Origin: Octopus vulgaris
Taxonomy: Eukaryota
NCBI GenBank assembly: GCA_951406725.2
Contig: OX597820.1
Coordinates: 73,346,001-73,410,000, forward strand
Direction: 5' to 3'
Length of the DNA stretch: 64,000 nt
Within the stretch, counting starts at the first letter, position 1; each line of letters starts with the position of its first letter. Position numbers and translations under genes: made by a program. The notes beneath the pieces are model-generated. The model did not search any database and had not been told where the DNA came from. It was given only the letters and a program-made list of their open reading frames with translations. This document shows, piece by piece, positions 42,130-54,806 of this stretch.

Positions 42130-43304
42130 CTCTCTGTCTCTATGAACGTATATATCTATGCATGCATACACACATACATATGTACATGCATACGTACATA
42201 CAACCATGCTTGCTTACATACATGCATGCATACATACATACATACATACATACATACATACATACATACATACATACATACATACACGCATGCATACTTA
42301 CATACATACAAGCATGCATACTTACATATATATATGCCTATAAGCATGCATACTTACATATATACATACACGCATACATACATATATACATACATACACG
42401 TATGCATACTTACATATATACATACACGCATACATACACGCATGCATACTTACATATATACATACACGCATGCATACTTACATATATACATACACGCATA
42501 CATACTTACATACATACATACATACATACACGCATGCATAATTACATATATACATACACGCATAGATACTTACATATATACATACATACACGCATGCATT
42601 ATTGCATATATGCATTCTTACATATATATACATACATATATAGATACGTACAGAAAGACAGACAGACAGACAAACAGGCAAACATATTAGAATAAGGCCA
42701 AAGGGAAAATATATAAAAGGAGAGTTGATAGAGTTATGATGATGCACTGTTAAAAATATGTGAGAGGAGGAGAGGGGAGGGGCAGCGGGAAGAAGTAATA
42801 CAGAAAGAGAGAGAGGGGAACGAAGAAGGGGAGTAGAGATAAATAATTTTAACTCAAGAATATTGACCTTATCTCTCCCATATCGTTGATCAGTTCACCT
42901 ATTTTATCGATCATATACAGATGTTACACAAAACGAGCCGATATGTGTGTACGTGTGTACGTGTGTGTGTGTGTGTGTAATAAAACATACACATACACAT
43001 ACACACCGACGTGAATATGTGTGTGTATGTGTGTGTGTCTATATGTGTGTGTGTGACTGTGTACATGTATGCATATGTATTTGTATGTGTATAAGTAAAT
43101 ATATATATATTCATATATATAAATATGTATATGCATATATATGTGTATATATATATATATATATAGATATAGATAGATAGATAGATAGATAGATGTGAAT
43201 ATGTGTGTGAGTGTGTGTGCACGTATGTATATATATATATATGTGTATTAATAAATATATATATTTATTTATATTTATATTTATAGATACATATGTACAT
43301 ATAT

Positions 43305-43400
<96 letters not shown>

Positions 43401-43433
43401 ACATGAATATGTGTGTGTATGTATGTGTATATA

Positions 43434-45070
43434 CATTGGGGGGATAAATATTTGTACATGTCAAAATTCTTTATTTATTTAATTTCTAATGAACATAAAT
43501 GAGAGATACTAATACTATATTTGCATACACATGCATGGCCACAGCTCGTGAGCTGAAACTAGAAAAAAAAAATAAAGATACTAAGAATATGCAAAAGAAA
43601 CTAATAAATTATAGTAACTAAGGAATTTATATTCAATTATAAATATTTAGGGGTGAAAAAAGTATTCGTACAGAGCATAAATAACTGATAATTCTGATTT
43701 AATACCTTGTAGCATAACCATTATTCAGTTCCACTTCAACCATTCTCTTCTTGTAGTTCTTAATCACCGACTCGCATGTTTCTTTAGGAATTTTTTCCCA
43801 TTCTTCTTGACAAATTTTCTTCAAATCTGCAATGCACGTTGGGGCTCTTGAATGAATTTTAATTTTCAAATAACGCCACAAATTTTCAATGGGGTTCAAG
43901 TCAGGTGACTGGCTTGGCCATTCTAATAATTTTATATTGTGATCGACAATCCATTTTTTGGTAGACTTTGCCGTGTGCTTAGGGTCGTTACCCTGTTGTA
44001 AAACCCACCCTTCACAAAACTGGAGCTTTTCTACAGAGTCCCATAAATTATTGTTCAAAATATTTTGGTACATCTCTACATTCATTCTACTATCTATCAC
44101 ATGTAAATTGCCAGTACCATTTGCAGAGAAACACTCCCACACCATGATGTTGCCACCTCCAAACTTTACGGTAGGGATTGTGCTTTTCCTCCAAACATGG
44201 CTACGCGAATTTCGTCCAAACAATTCAATTTTTGACTCGTCTGTCCATAGAACATTTTCCCAGAATGTATCAGATTTATCTTTATGTTCATAAACAAATC
44301 TTAAACGGCCATCCCTTGGCCTTTTAGTCAACAGTGGAGTTTTTCTAGGAGAGCGCGACTTCAGTTCATTCCTATGAAGTTCATTGCTGATTGTTCATAG
44401 TGTAACACTAGTCCCTGAAGCTAACAAATCTTCTTGCAACTCCTTTCTAGTGATCATTGCTTTTTTTTGTTTGTTTTTTTTTCGATTCTTCGCTTCATTT
44501 TTATTAAAGATCTAGGGGAAATCTTGAGTGGTGCACCGGATCTTATTCTGTTTTCAACAGTTCCTGATTCTTTATATCTTTGAATAAATGAAGATATGGT
44601 AGTAAATGGAATACAAAGGGTCTCTGATATTTTCCTATAACTTTTACCTGCTTTCCATTGTTCAATAATTAAATTTTTCACTAAATTTGTGAGTTCTTTA
44701 CTTTTCGCCATTATTACGATACTACTTTATGTTGTCTCAGTGCTGAATGAAGGAGCTAGTGTTTTGACGCTTAAAAATGACAACTGATAAGATTAGTGGA
44801 ACAAACGAGAAAGCTCTAGTAAAAAAAAAAATTAACAGTATTTTGTGGCATAGAAAATCATAAATTTATTCTGTACGAACACTTTTTCACCCCTAAATAT
44901 TTATAATTGTATATAAATTCATTAGTTACTATAATTTATTAGTTTCTTTTGCATATTCTTAATTTATGCATGTGCATACAAATATAGTATTGGTATATCC
45001 CATTTATGTTCATTAGAAATTAAATAAAGAATTTTGACATGTACGAATATTTATTCCCCCCACCCCACTG
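43434..45070 (-). mobile_element. Tc1-like (DD34E) transposon, full length, long IR/DR-type TIRs, inactive
   Basis: About 200-bp inverted repeats (43434-43673 / 44869-45070), each with duplicated inner/outer motifs; transposase between them. Confidence 0.92.
43699..44711 (-). pseudogene. Tc1 transposase pseudogene
   Basis: N-terminal paired-like HTH (44454..44711), frameshift, then WTDESK...QQGNDPKH...WPSQSPDLNPIENLW; second catalytic Asp replaced by Gly. Confidence 0.92.
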
Positions 45071-45187
45071 AATACATATATACATAATAATATAAATAAT
45101 ACATGTATATATGCATTTATACATACGTATATGTACATACATCTATACGTATATATATAGGTGCAGGAGTGGCTGTGTGGTAAGTAG

Positions 45188-45417
45188 CGGCGAGCTGGGA
45201 GAAGCGTTAGCACGCCGGGCGTAATGCTTAGCGGTATTTCGTCTGCCGTTACGTTCTGAGTTCAAATTCCGCCGAGGTCGACTTTGCCTTTCATCCTTTT
45301 GGGGTCGATAAATTAAGCACCAGTTACGCACTGGGGTCGATGTAATCGACTTAATACCTATGTCTGTCCTTGTTTGTCCCCTCTATGTTTAGCCCCTTGT
45401 GGGTAATAAAGAAATAG
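45188..45417 (+). mobile_element. SINE family B inserted into the head of a family A SINE
   Basis: Flanked by direct repeat GGTAAGTAGC (45179-45188, 45417-45426). Confidence 0.88.
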
Positions 45418-45457
45418 GTAAGTAGCTTGCTTACCAACCATATGTATATATATATAT

Positions 45458-45702
45458 CGTTGTTATTATGCAAAATTGTCTAAGTCCAAAACGTTGCTTT
45501 TTCAGAAAACAAAAAAGTAGTTTCACCATTCCATAGCAAAACCGTTGCACTACACTTTGACAATTTTTAATATCTTGGCATCTGAAGCAGCTGGAAATAC
45601 AAAAGTTTGACCAAAAGAACCAGTTATTGCAAGCAAAAATAAATATTCAAAAAACGCACTTGACCAAATTTGGACATACGACAGTTTAACATAATAGCAA
45701 CG
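45458..45702. mobile_element. MITE with ~35-bp imperfect TIRs
   Basis: CGTTGTTATTATG.AAAATTGTC.TAAGTCCAAA / TTTGGACATACGACAGTTTAACATAATAGCAACG; TA flanks; related end at 20346. Confidence 0.7.
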
Positions 45703-46621
45703 ATATACATTAAGTGTGCGTATGTGTGTGTGTGTGTGTGCACGTATGTTTGCACGCGTGTGTGTGTGTGTGTGTGCTTGTGATTTACCCCTATCGCTTG
45801 TAAACCGATGTCGGTTTGTTTACTTCCTCGTAACTTCGCAATTCGGCAAAGAAACGCACGGAATAAGTATCAGACCTTAAAAAAGAAAAGAAAAAAAGAG
45901 AGGAAGTCCTGTGGTTTATTTGTTCAAATGAAAAATCTTTCAACGTGGTGCTCCAGCATGGCCGCTGTCCAATGACTGAGACAAGTAAACGTGCAAAGGA
46001 AGAAGATAACAGTTTTAAAAAATGAGCAGCGGGAGGAGGAGGAGGAGGGGGGGTAAATTCCAGAGGACTGACATTACAACTTGGGAATTGGGTAGAGAGA
46101 GGTTAGCGATGAAATACTATGAGTAATGTAATAAGAAAAGAGATGAGTGGACTGAGAGGGAGTTGGGAGTGAACAGGGAACGTCTGAATTGAAACATTTA
46201 TAGAAAAAAGTTAAAAACACATAGATAACAGACGTCCTAAAGACAAAATGATCGAAGATAGAAATGATCTGAATGGTACAACGACTGCTCATAATTCAAA
46301 ATGGCGTGTAGACAGTTTTATACAAGGAAAAGGAAGCATAACTGAGCATCTATTGTAATGTTAAAATATATTTCACTTTTGTAGGTTGGCTTTTCATAAA
46401 ATGCTTTATTTGCTGTAAAAAAAAAAAAAGGTGGTGGGTGTTATTGTGTTTTAAGGGGGAAACTAAAGTATGCCATTCATTTTTGGTTAAACCTGTACAT
46501 AAATTAATAAATTACAAATCGGGGATACGATATATTTTCTTTCTTTCATTATTAATGTTACCATCAGCATGGCCGCAGCTCTGAGCTGAAACTAGAGAGA
46601 ATATATATATATACATACAAA

Positions 46622-46710
<89 letters not shown>

Positions 46711-46806
46711 TGTGTGTGTGTAAATGTAACTAAGATATTATTTAAACACATCGACATGATCCGAACTACGCCATCTTTATTATAGGGGGATGGGTTAGGA
46801 AACGGC

Positions 46807-46837
<31 letters not shown>

Positions 46838-46838
46838 C

Positions 46839-46904
<66 letters not shown>

Positions 46905-47099
46905 ATATATATATATATATACATACATACATATATATATATACATATATATATATATACATATGCATATATATACATATATACATATATATATACATAC
47001 ATATACATATATATATATGTGTATATTCATACATATACATACATTCATATACATAAATATATTGATATACATAAGTATATACATATATATATATATATG

Positions 47100-47149
<50 letters not shown>

Positions 47150-47241
47150 CCTATATATATATATATATATATACATATGCATGTATATATATATAGACAT
47201 ATGTATATATACGCATATATATATACAAATATATACATACT

Positions 47242-47272
<31 letters not shown>

Positions 47273-48642
47273 ACAACGTTTTATCTTCCCTTCTCATTTC
47301 CATATAGCGGGAATGGTTGAATACTTAACTATTCACAAAACTGTTCGCATTCTCTCCCCGTATTTCCCCCTTCAGCTTCCACCCAATATAACCACTCCTG
47401 TTCTCACTATGAACAACAATGCACTCTTTAGCCTTCCATACTTATTTCCATATACCCTTTATCCTTTCCTCTTTCCTTTTTTTTTTTTTTTTCCTTTATG
47501 TCCATCCTCTCCCGCAGTCATGTTTTTATATAATTTTATGTCCGTCACCTTAGATGTGTGTCTGTGTGTTAAGGAGAGAAAGTGATTTGTTTATGCAGAG
47601 ACGTCAGTAAAGAACATTTGTACAAACCGGGTCTAATCTATTCTAAAGTGCTCCATAAACTATTTAACGATTTCAGAACTATGACAATTGTGTACGATAG
47701 AAGAAAAGGCATTGAAGAACAAGAATTACTCTGCGAAAGAAAACATTAAAAAATATGTAGTAAATAACTGATGTATTCCGAGAATATCCAAAGTTTTCTT
47801 AAGTAATTGCCTGGTCTCTTCAGCCAGATTGCTAAGAGAAAAATACGTGTGCTAGACTGTTTTGTATAAGCGGAAGTTACCTAAGTAAGACCTTGGGTGA
47901 CGCTACAATTTTTGCTTCCTTTTGCCGTTTGTGAGGGACGTTTTAATAAATTAGGAGTTTATCGTGTGAAGCATTCACCATACTCAATGGTACGCATGGC
48001 ATTTAGGTTCGACGGCTATTTAACAATTGCGTGGCCACTCAGAAATTCCAGGTTGAATGTCCGGTTTACAGGAAGACCACCGAGAGTGAGACACCCCTCT
48101 GTTTCTATTAAAGGTGACTCTGATATAAAACTGGATTTGCAGGGAATGGCAGTGGACATTTTGGTGATCTTTTGCTTTCACTTGAGATCGTGGCTTTCAA
48201 ACATTCCTGAGCCTGCGACCCATATTGGCACTGTATATCTTGCCTCAAATCAGTAGGGTGGCGAGGGTCTATGAGGCGTCGTACAAGCCTTATTAGACCT
48301 AAAATTGTACATGGGTATTGATGACATTCTGCATCAACGTTGCTGCTGGTGAACATAATGTTTTTAATTGTCAGTGATGGTCTTCCCCGGCCATCGAGCG
48401 GACAGCCGCCATGTATGCATGTATGTATGTATGTATGTATGTATGTATGTATGTATGTATGTATGTATGTATGTATGCATGCATGTATGTATTTATGTAA
48501 GTATGTATGTATGTATGTATGTATGTATGTAGGTAGGTATGTATGCATGCATGTATGTATTCATGTAAGTATGTATGTATGTATGTATGTATGTATGTAT
48601 GTAGGTAGGTAGGTAGGTAGGTAGGTAGGTAGGTATGTAGGT

Positions 48643-48871
48643 AGGTGAGCTGGCAGAAACGTTAACACGCCGGGCGAAATGCTTAGCAGTATTTCGTGTG
48701 TCTTTATGCTCTGAGTTCAAATTCCGCCGAGGTCGACTTTACCTTTCATCTTTTCGGGGTTGATAAATTAAGTACCAGTTACGCACTGGGTATCGATGTA
48801 ATCGACTTAATCCGTTTGTCTGTCCTTGTTTGCCCCCTCTGTGTTTAGCCCCTTGTGGGCAATAAAGAAAT

Positions 48872-48872
<1 letters not shown>
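48643..48872 (+). mobile_element. SINE family B
   Basis: Matches 41119 and 45188; last ~25 bp re-duplicated at 48946 after (GATA)n. Confidence 0.85.
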
Positions 48873-48943
<71 letters not shown>

Positions 48944-49380
48944 ATGCCCTTGTGGGCAATAAAGAAATAAGGTAGATAGATAGGTAGGTAGGTAGGAGAT
49001 AGGTACAACTATGCGTGCATACAAACACACGCTCCCTGAAGACGGAGGCTCGTCTCATTCTACGATGGAATTAATCTACGAACATTATTTTGAACCACCG
49101 ATCCACCCCACTCCCCAGAAACAGCTGTTGGATTTGTATTACCTTTCTTCATCACCTTTAGTTCTCTATATCATTTATATCCTAAGTAGGACCCTTTTGT
49201 ATGTAAACATATAGATTTATCGTAATTCATGAAATTTAATATAACTTATATATTGACCTGTCTAACTTGCTTATCCCCACATATACTTTTCTACTCGCTG
49301 AACTTTAAATCTCTTGAGCACTACTAAGCGTATTCTATACAGAGAATATCTGATTCTCATCTATGAAATACATACATACA

Positions 49381-49702
49381 TCACCGTGATCACCGTGACC
49401 GACCAGGCTATCAGACGTTACTACACATCGCTGGTCACAATGCGCTTCGCATTGTTTTAGCCTTCAAATGACGCCAGGCCAACAGAAGAGAGCGAGCAGG
49501 CCAACAGAAGAGAGCGAGCAGGCCAACAGAAGAAAGAGTGAGAGAAAGTTATGGCGAAAGAGTACAGCAGGGTTCGCCACTACCCCCTGTCGGAGCCTCG
49601 TGGAGCTTTTAGGTGTTTTCGCTCAATAAACACACACAACGCCCGGTCTGGGAATCGAAACCGCGAGTCCGCTGCCCTAACCACTGGGCCATTGCGCCTC
49701 CA
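49381..49702 (-). mobile_element. SINE family C
   Basis: tRNA-like head at 49702 reading leftwards. Confidence 0.8.
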
Positions 49703-49716
49703 CACATACATACATA

Positions 49717-49765
<49 letters not shown>

Positions 49766-49979
49766 CAATAATAATTCTCTAAAAGGGATATAGACAGTAA
49801 CTGCTCGATAACATAAGGGACTAAAGCCATCTGAATATGGCTAGGGACAGGGCAGGGTGGTGGGGGTGTTACTGTTGCATTTAGCCCCAGGCGAACATCG
49901 ACGTCACCAGAAAGGCTCGACACCGTCACGGTGCCCTAAACCTGCAAAGGGAGGTAATTCCCCGATGAAGCGGAAACCA

Positions 49980-50025
49980 CACACGGACCATGGTTTCAAG
50001 GTGTATTGCCTATCATCGGCGTGTG
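49980..50025 (-). ncRNA. Minimal type-I hammerhead ribozyme, unit 1
   Basis: Minus strand CACACG-CCGATGA-T-AGG-CAATACA-CCT-T-GAAAC-CATG-GTC-CGTGTG; predicted cut between 49986 and 49985. Confidence 0.85.
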
Positions 50026-50339
50026 GTAGGCCTCCGCTTCCTCGACGAATTCTCACTCTGCAGGATTTTCTTATATAGATTTTCAAGCAAAATACATTTG
50101 CTGATTTCGAAAATCTGTTCGAAAGCAATAATAATTCTCTAAAAGGGATATAGACAGTAACTGCTCGATAACATAAGGGACTAAAGCCATCTGAATATGG
50201 CTAGGGACAGGGCAGGGTGGTGGGGGTGTTACTGTTGCATTTAGCCCCAGGCGAACATCGACGTCACCAGAAAGGCTCGACACCGTCACGGTGCCCTTAA
50301 CCTGCAAAGGGAGGTAATTCCCCGATGAAGCGGAAACCA

Positions 50340-50385
50340 CACACGGACCATGGTTTCAAGGTGTATTGCCTATCATCGGCGTGTG
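50340..50385 (-). ncRNA. Minimal type-I hammerhead ribozyme, unit 2
   Basis: Identical to unit 1, +360. Confidence 0.85.
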
Positions 50386-50699
50386 GTAGGCCTCCGCTTC
50401 CTCGACGAATTCTCACTCTGCAGGATTTTCTTATATAGATTTTCAAGCAAAATACATTTGCTGATTTCGAAAATCTGTTCGAAAGCAATAATAATTCTCT
50501 AAAAGGGATATAGACAGTAACTGCTCGATAACATAAGGGACTAAAGCCATCTGAATATGGCTAGGGACAGGGCAGGGTGGTGGGGGTGTTACTGTTGCAT
50601 TTAGCCCCAGGCGAACATCGACGTCACCAGAAAGGCTCGACACCGTCACGGTGCCCTTAACCTGCAAAGGGAGGTAATTCCCCGATGAAGCGGAAACCA

Positions 50700-50745
50700 C
50701 ACACGGACCATGGTTTCAAGGTGTATTGCCTATCATCGGCGTGTG
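50700..50745 (-). ncRNA. Minimal type-I hammerhead ribozyme, unit 3
   Basis: Identical to unit 1, +720. Confidence 0.85.
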
Positions 50746-50850
50746 GTAGGCCTCCGCTTCCTCGACGAATTCTCACTCTGCAGGATTTTCTTATATAGAT
50801 TTTCAAGCAAAATACATTTGCTGATTTCGAAAATCTGTTCGAAAGCAATA

Positions 50851-50923
50851 ATAATTCTCTAAAAGGGATATAGACAGTAACTGCTCGATGCAGTTACTGT
50901 CTATATCCCTTTTAGAGAATTAT
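50851..50923. repeat. Perfect 34-bp fold-back terminating the array
   Basis: 50851-50884 = reverse complement of 50890-50923, 5-nt loop TCGAT. Confidence 0.95.
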
Positions 50924-51294
50924 AATAATAATAATGATAATAATAATAATAATAATAATCATATGCCCGATGCAGTACCAGGCAGTGGCTCTCATAGCTT
51001 CTCATCTTAACTGATTGGAAGTGTAATCATGTATATTGTTTTGTCTTGTATAAAAGATGGGCTACAGCAAATATGCTGCTCAATATCACAGATTTGCTTG
51101 TCAGTTGTTTGACCTTAACCAGTTGATCATCTCCTTTACTAGCTGACGATATGTTCATCTCTGATCACGAGCAGAAGTGGTGGGGGAGCATCTATCTATC
51201 TATATATATATATATATATATATATGACCTCGTGAATACTACCCGCAATTTTTTTTCCTCTGTCCTCCCGTCTCGGGATCTTTCTTTCTCCTAT

Positions 51295-51329
51295 GTTTCC
51301 GACAAAGAGCTCCGCTCGAAACGTCAAAC
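51295..51329 (+). ncRNA. Minimal hammerhead motif (same family as 1800), probably inactivated (G8A)
   Basis: GTTT-CCGACAA-A-GAGC-TCC-GCTC-GAAAC-GTC-AAAC. Confidence 0.6.
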
Positions 51330-51930
51330 CCTCCTTCTTCCCTTCTTTCCTGAGCGTCCAATAATACTTTATTTGTTCCACATCCTTGCGTTGTTGTCTT
51401 TTTGTTTTCTTGTTTGGATTAACTTTATATATATATATATATATACATATCAAACAGATAGATCCGAGTTCAGTCCAACCTTGAATAAGTGTCGTATAAC
51501 CTCGGACTGGCCCTGGTGTTGCGAGTAGATCTGGTACACGGAAATTGAAAGAGAGCCATCGTGTGCATGTTTTTATATGTCCCCTGCCTTCCACCCTCTT
51601 TGATTCCCTCTCTCTCTGTCTCTCTTTCTCTCTCTCCCCTGCAACCTGCTGCTTCTCCACCATTTCGTTGGCGATCGTATCTCGCCAACATCTGTATTTG
51701 TCCCCTCTACCGAAAAGGTAATTATTTCTACGCCTGCTGCTATGTTTGTTGTTTTGTCTCATTTGGTCTAAAGTCGTATGACAACCACCGTTATATTATA
51801 TTTTGTTTAACCGTTACCGTTTTCAATTTCGTTTTTGTTTCTCGTATTTACATCCGTCTCGTGCGTTCACATTCCTGTCTTCTACCAAGAAATCTAATGC
51901 TTACAGCTTAGTTTTTTTTCTTGGGGCTGG

Positions 51931-52008
51931 CCGAGTTGGAGCAAATATCAGAATTGAACAGCCGAAATTTGCTATGGTGATTCGGTGTCTGACTGAAGAT
52001 TGAAGGCT
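51931..52008 (+). ncRNA. Non-circularly permuted hammerhead ribozyme candidate (family 2)
   Basis: CCGAGT..AGCAAA-TA-TCAGA-attgaac-AGCC-GAAA-TTTGCT..ATTCGG..TCTGA-CTGAAGA-ttgaa-GGCT; compensatory changes relative to family 1. Confidence 0.72.
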
Positions 52009-52080
52009 TCGAATGATTTGTCTGTGTTCCGTGTTTGTCCCTTCCTGTATTTCACGTTCTTTATATATAAAACATTTATT

Positions 52081-52118
<38 letters not shown>

Positions 52119-52121
<3 letters not shown>

Positions 52122-52642
52122 GGTGATTGAGAAGTAACTCTCTATTTTAAAATATTTAAAAAATAATTATTATTTGTAATTTTTACAAAAAAAAAATGTA
52201 TACGAAGGGAAAACTTTTAGTATGAGGTTTTATTTAAAATTCGATATGGGATCTAGATGTCGCCACCAGCTTTTTGAGTCGCCCTGGAATAGCGTCAAGT
52301 GATTTCACCAGGAACTCTGGTGGGATAGAAGGCATATAACTTCTCGAATTTGCCCTTCAAATTCTTTCAAATTCTTTGATTTGGTACAATGGACTTGTTC
52401 CTTTAACTGACCCCAAAGAAAGACGTTACAAGATATTAAGTCGGAACTCCTGGCTGGTCCACTGATGCGGTCCACGACGTCCCATCCATTTCCCGGGGAT
52501 GTGGGCATCCAGCCGTTCACGAACGACATGAGCAATACGATTAATTTTCATACTACAAAATCCAAACACAAAAAATTATGAAAAAATACAATTGATAAAT
52601 AATTTGTATTTTAAAATAAGGAGTTAGTTTTCAATTACCCTG
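52119..52642 (-). mobile_element. Internally deleted Tc1/mariner-superfamily element
   Basis: TA-CAGGGTGATTGAGAAGTAACTC...GAGTTAGTTTTCAATTACCCTG-TA TIRs; PARSSDLISCNVFLWGQLKEQV transposase remnant. Confidence 0.82.
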
Positions 52643-52740
<98 letters not shown>

Positions 52741-53623
52741 TACATATATGTATGTATGTTTGTTTGTATTTATGTATGTATGTATGTATGTATGTATGAA
52801 TGTGTGTGTGTGTAATATCAATCAGTGAGGATGAGTGTTGGATAGAGCACTAGTGGATAATTTGGATTTTTATGTAAAAAGGGGTCTAAATTTATAGAGG
52901 GGGTAACTTGAGGTGAGAAATTGATTGGGAAACGTTTTGAGGCGCTACAGTGGTTGTTTTGCTGTGAAAACGGGGATTTTATTGATTTTTGGGGAACACT
53001 TTACTCATTGAGGGACACCTTTTGCCCGATTTCAATCAAATTTTCAACATGGTAAAGTGGAAGCGTATTTGTAATTTAAGCGCGGAAAATGGGTTCGAAA
53101 CTTTGAAATTTAAGGCAAGATTTTTGAAGTTGAAAAAAATTTCTCGTTTTTACGTATTTTCGCCTTTTACTTATTATTGTTTACAGTTTTCATTTTTTCT
53201 GAAAGAAATTTACAGCTGCATGTAGTCAGTGTTTAAAGGTTTCATTTGCATGGTCAACCGTCGAACAATTCACAAAATAAGTACTAAATTTAACAAAGAA
53301 ATCCTTTATTTCCTTATTTTTAATCGCTCAAATAGTGGCACGCACAAAAAGCAAGTGTGCTTTCCATTGTCACTGCCTGATATGATTGATCTTTCAAACT
53401 ATTTTCTTTCTCAACTTACTCGTGATCTTTTGTTTTTTATAAATGGAAGAGAGACAGATAGAAAAAGATATAGAATAAGAGAAAGCGAGGGAGAGTCCGG
53501 GAGAAAGAAAGAGTAAGAGAGTGGGAAAGTGAGAGAGAAAAGAGAGAGAAACAAAGAGGGAAAATGTGGCGATAAGAAACAGAAAGGAAACAACAGAAAG
53601 TAACAACCACACACCTTAAGCTA

Positions 53624-53671
<48 letters not shown>

Positions 53672-53679
53672 ATATATTC

Positions 53680-54075
53680 TTTTATTTATTGCAGTCATTT
53701 GACTGCAGCCGTGCTGGAGCACCACCTTTAATCGAACAAATCGACCCCAGGACTTATTCTTTGTAAGCCTAGTACTTATTGTATCGGTTTCTTGTGTCTA
53801 ACCGCTAAGTTACAGGGACGTAAACACACCAACATCAGTTATCAAGTGATGGTGAGGGACAAACACACACACACAAACATACACACATACACGCACACAC
53901 ACACATAAATATATATATACGACAGGCTTCATTCAGTTTCCGTCAGCCAAATCCACTCACAAGGCTTTGGTCGGCCCGAAGCTATAGTAGAAGACACTTG
54001 CCCAAGGTGCCACGCAGTGAGACTGAACTACGGAACCCGGTTGTTTGTAAGCAAGCTACTTACCACACAGCCACA
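53680..54075 (-). mobile_element. SINE family A
   Basis: Reverse-complement match. Confidence 0.82.
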
Positions 54076-54460
54076 CTTTTATACGTGTGTGTGTATGTAT
54101 ATATATATGCATCATGTACAACATATTTATTCGCAACAAGTCTAGGCAGGTTCAGACGCAAACTCTACTGGTATCTGTATGCCCGCGCGCCTGTATGTTT
54201 ATGTGTAAGTGTATGTGCGTGTGTATGTGTGAGTGCGTTGCGTGTATGTGTGTGTGTGTGCGTATGCGTGCGCGCGTTATAAAGGAAGAATCGTTATCCT
54301 GTCGGACAAAATGCTTTAACGGTAGTCCCTCTGGGTCATTACGTTCTGTGTTCAAATTCTACCGAAGTCAGCCAAGCGTGTCCCTAATATAACTGACCTT
54401 GCACCAAAAATTAGAAAGAATATATTGTGTATCATATAGAATTATCATGGTCGTCATCGT

Positions 54461-54491
<31 letters not shown>

Positions 54492-54642
54492 ACGCTGTTG
54501 TCATTTTGTAAATTTTTATTGCATTACTTGTTTACTGCTGTTAATTTTTGCTTGGAGTTGTACTGAGTTTGTGATTAGAGAGATCTATGGGGAGAGAAAA
54601 ACATGCTTATAAACACACGTGTGTGTATTTAAATGTGTGTGA

Positions 54643-54706
<64 letters not shown>

Positions 54707-54806
54707 ATATATATATGTATATCTATGTATGTGTGTGTGTATATGTAGATATATATACATATATATATATATGTGTGTGTGTGTATGTGTGTGTGTATGT
54801 ATACGC

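Larger units (their letters stand above)
49764..50889 (-). mobile_element. Retrozyme-like tandem array: 3.1 x 360-bp units, one hammerhead per unit
   Basis: Units start at 49764, 50124, 50484, 50844; only one difference noticed (CCCTAAA vs CCCTTAA); highly self-complementary unit; left flank (TA)n. Confidence 0.88.

Noticed and set aside
50030-50110. HDV-like or twister ribozyme in the 360-bp unit (CTTCCTCG motif)
   Set aside because: P3/P1/P2 pairings could not be built convincingly
49904-50848. Repeated short ORFs in the 360-bp array
   Set aside because: Non-ATG starts, no motifs; repetition simply follows the tandem unit
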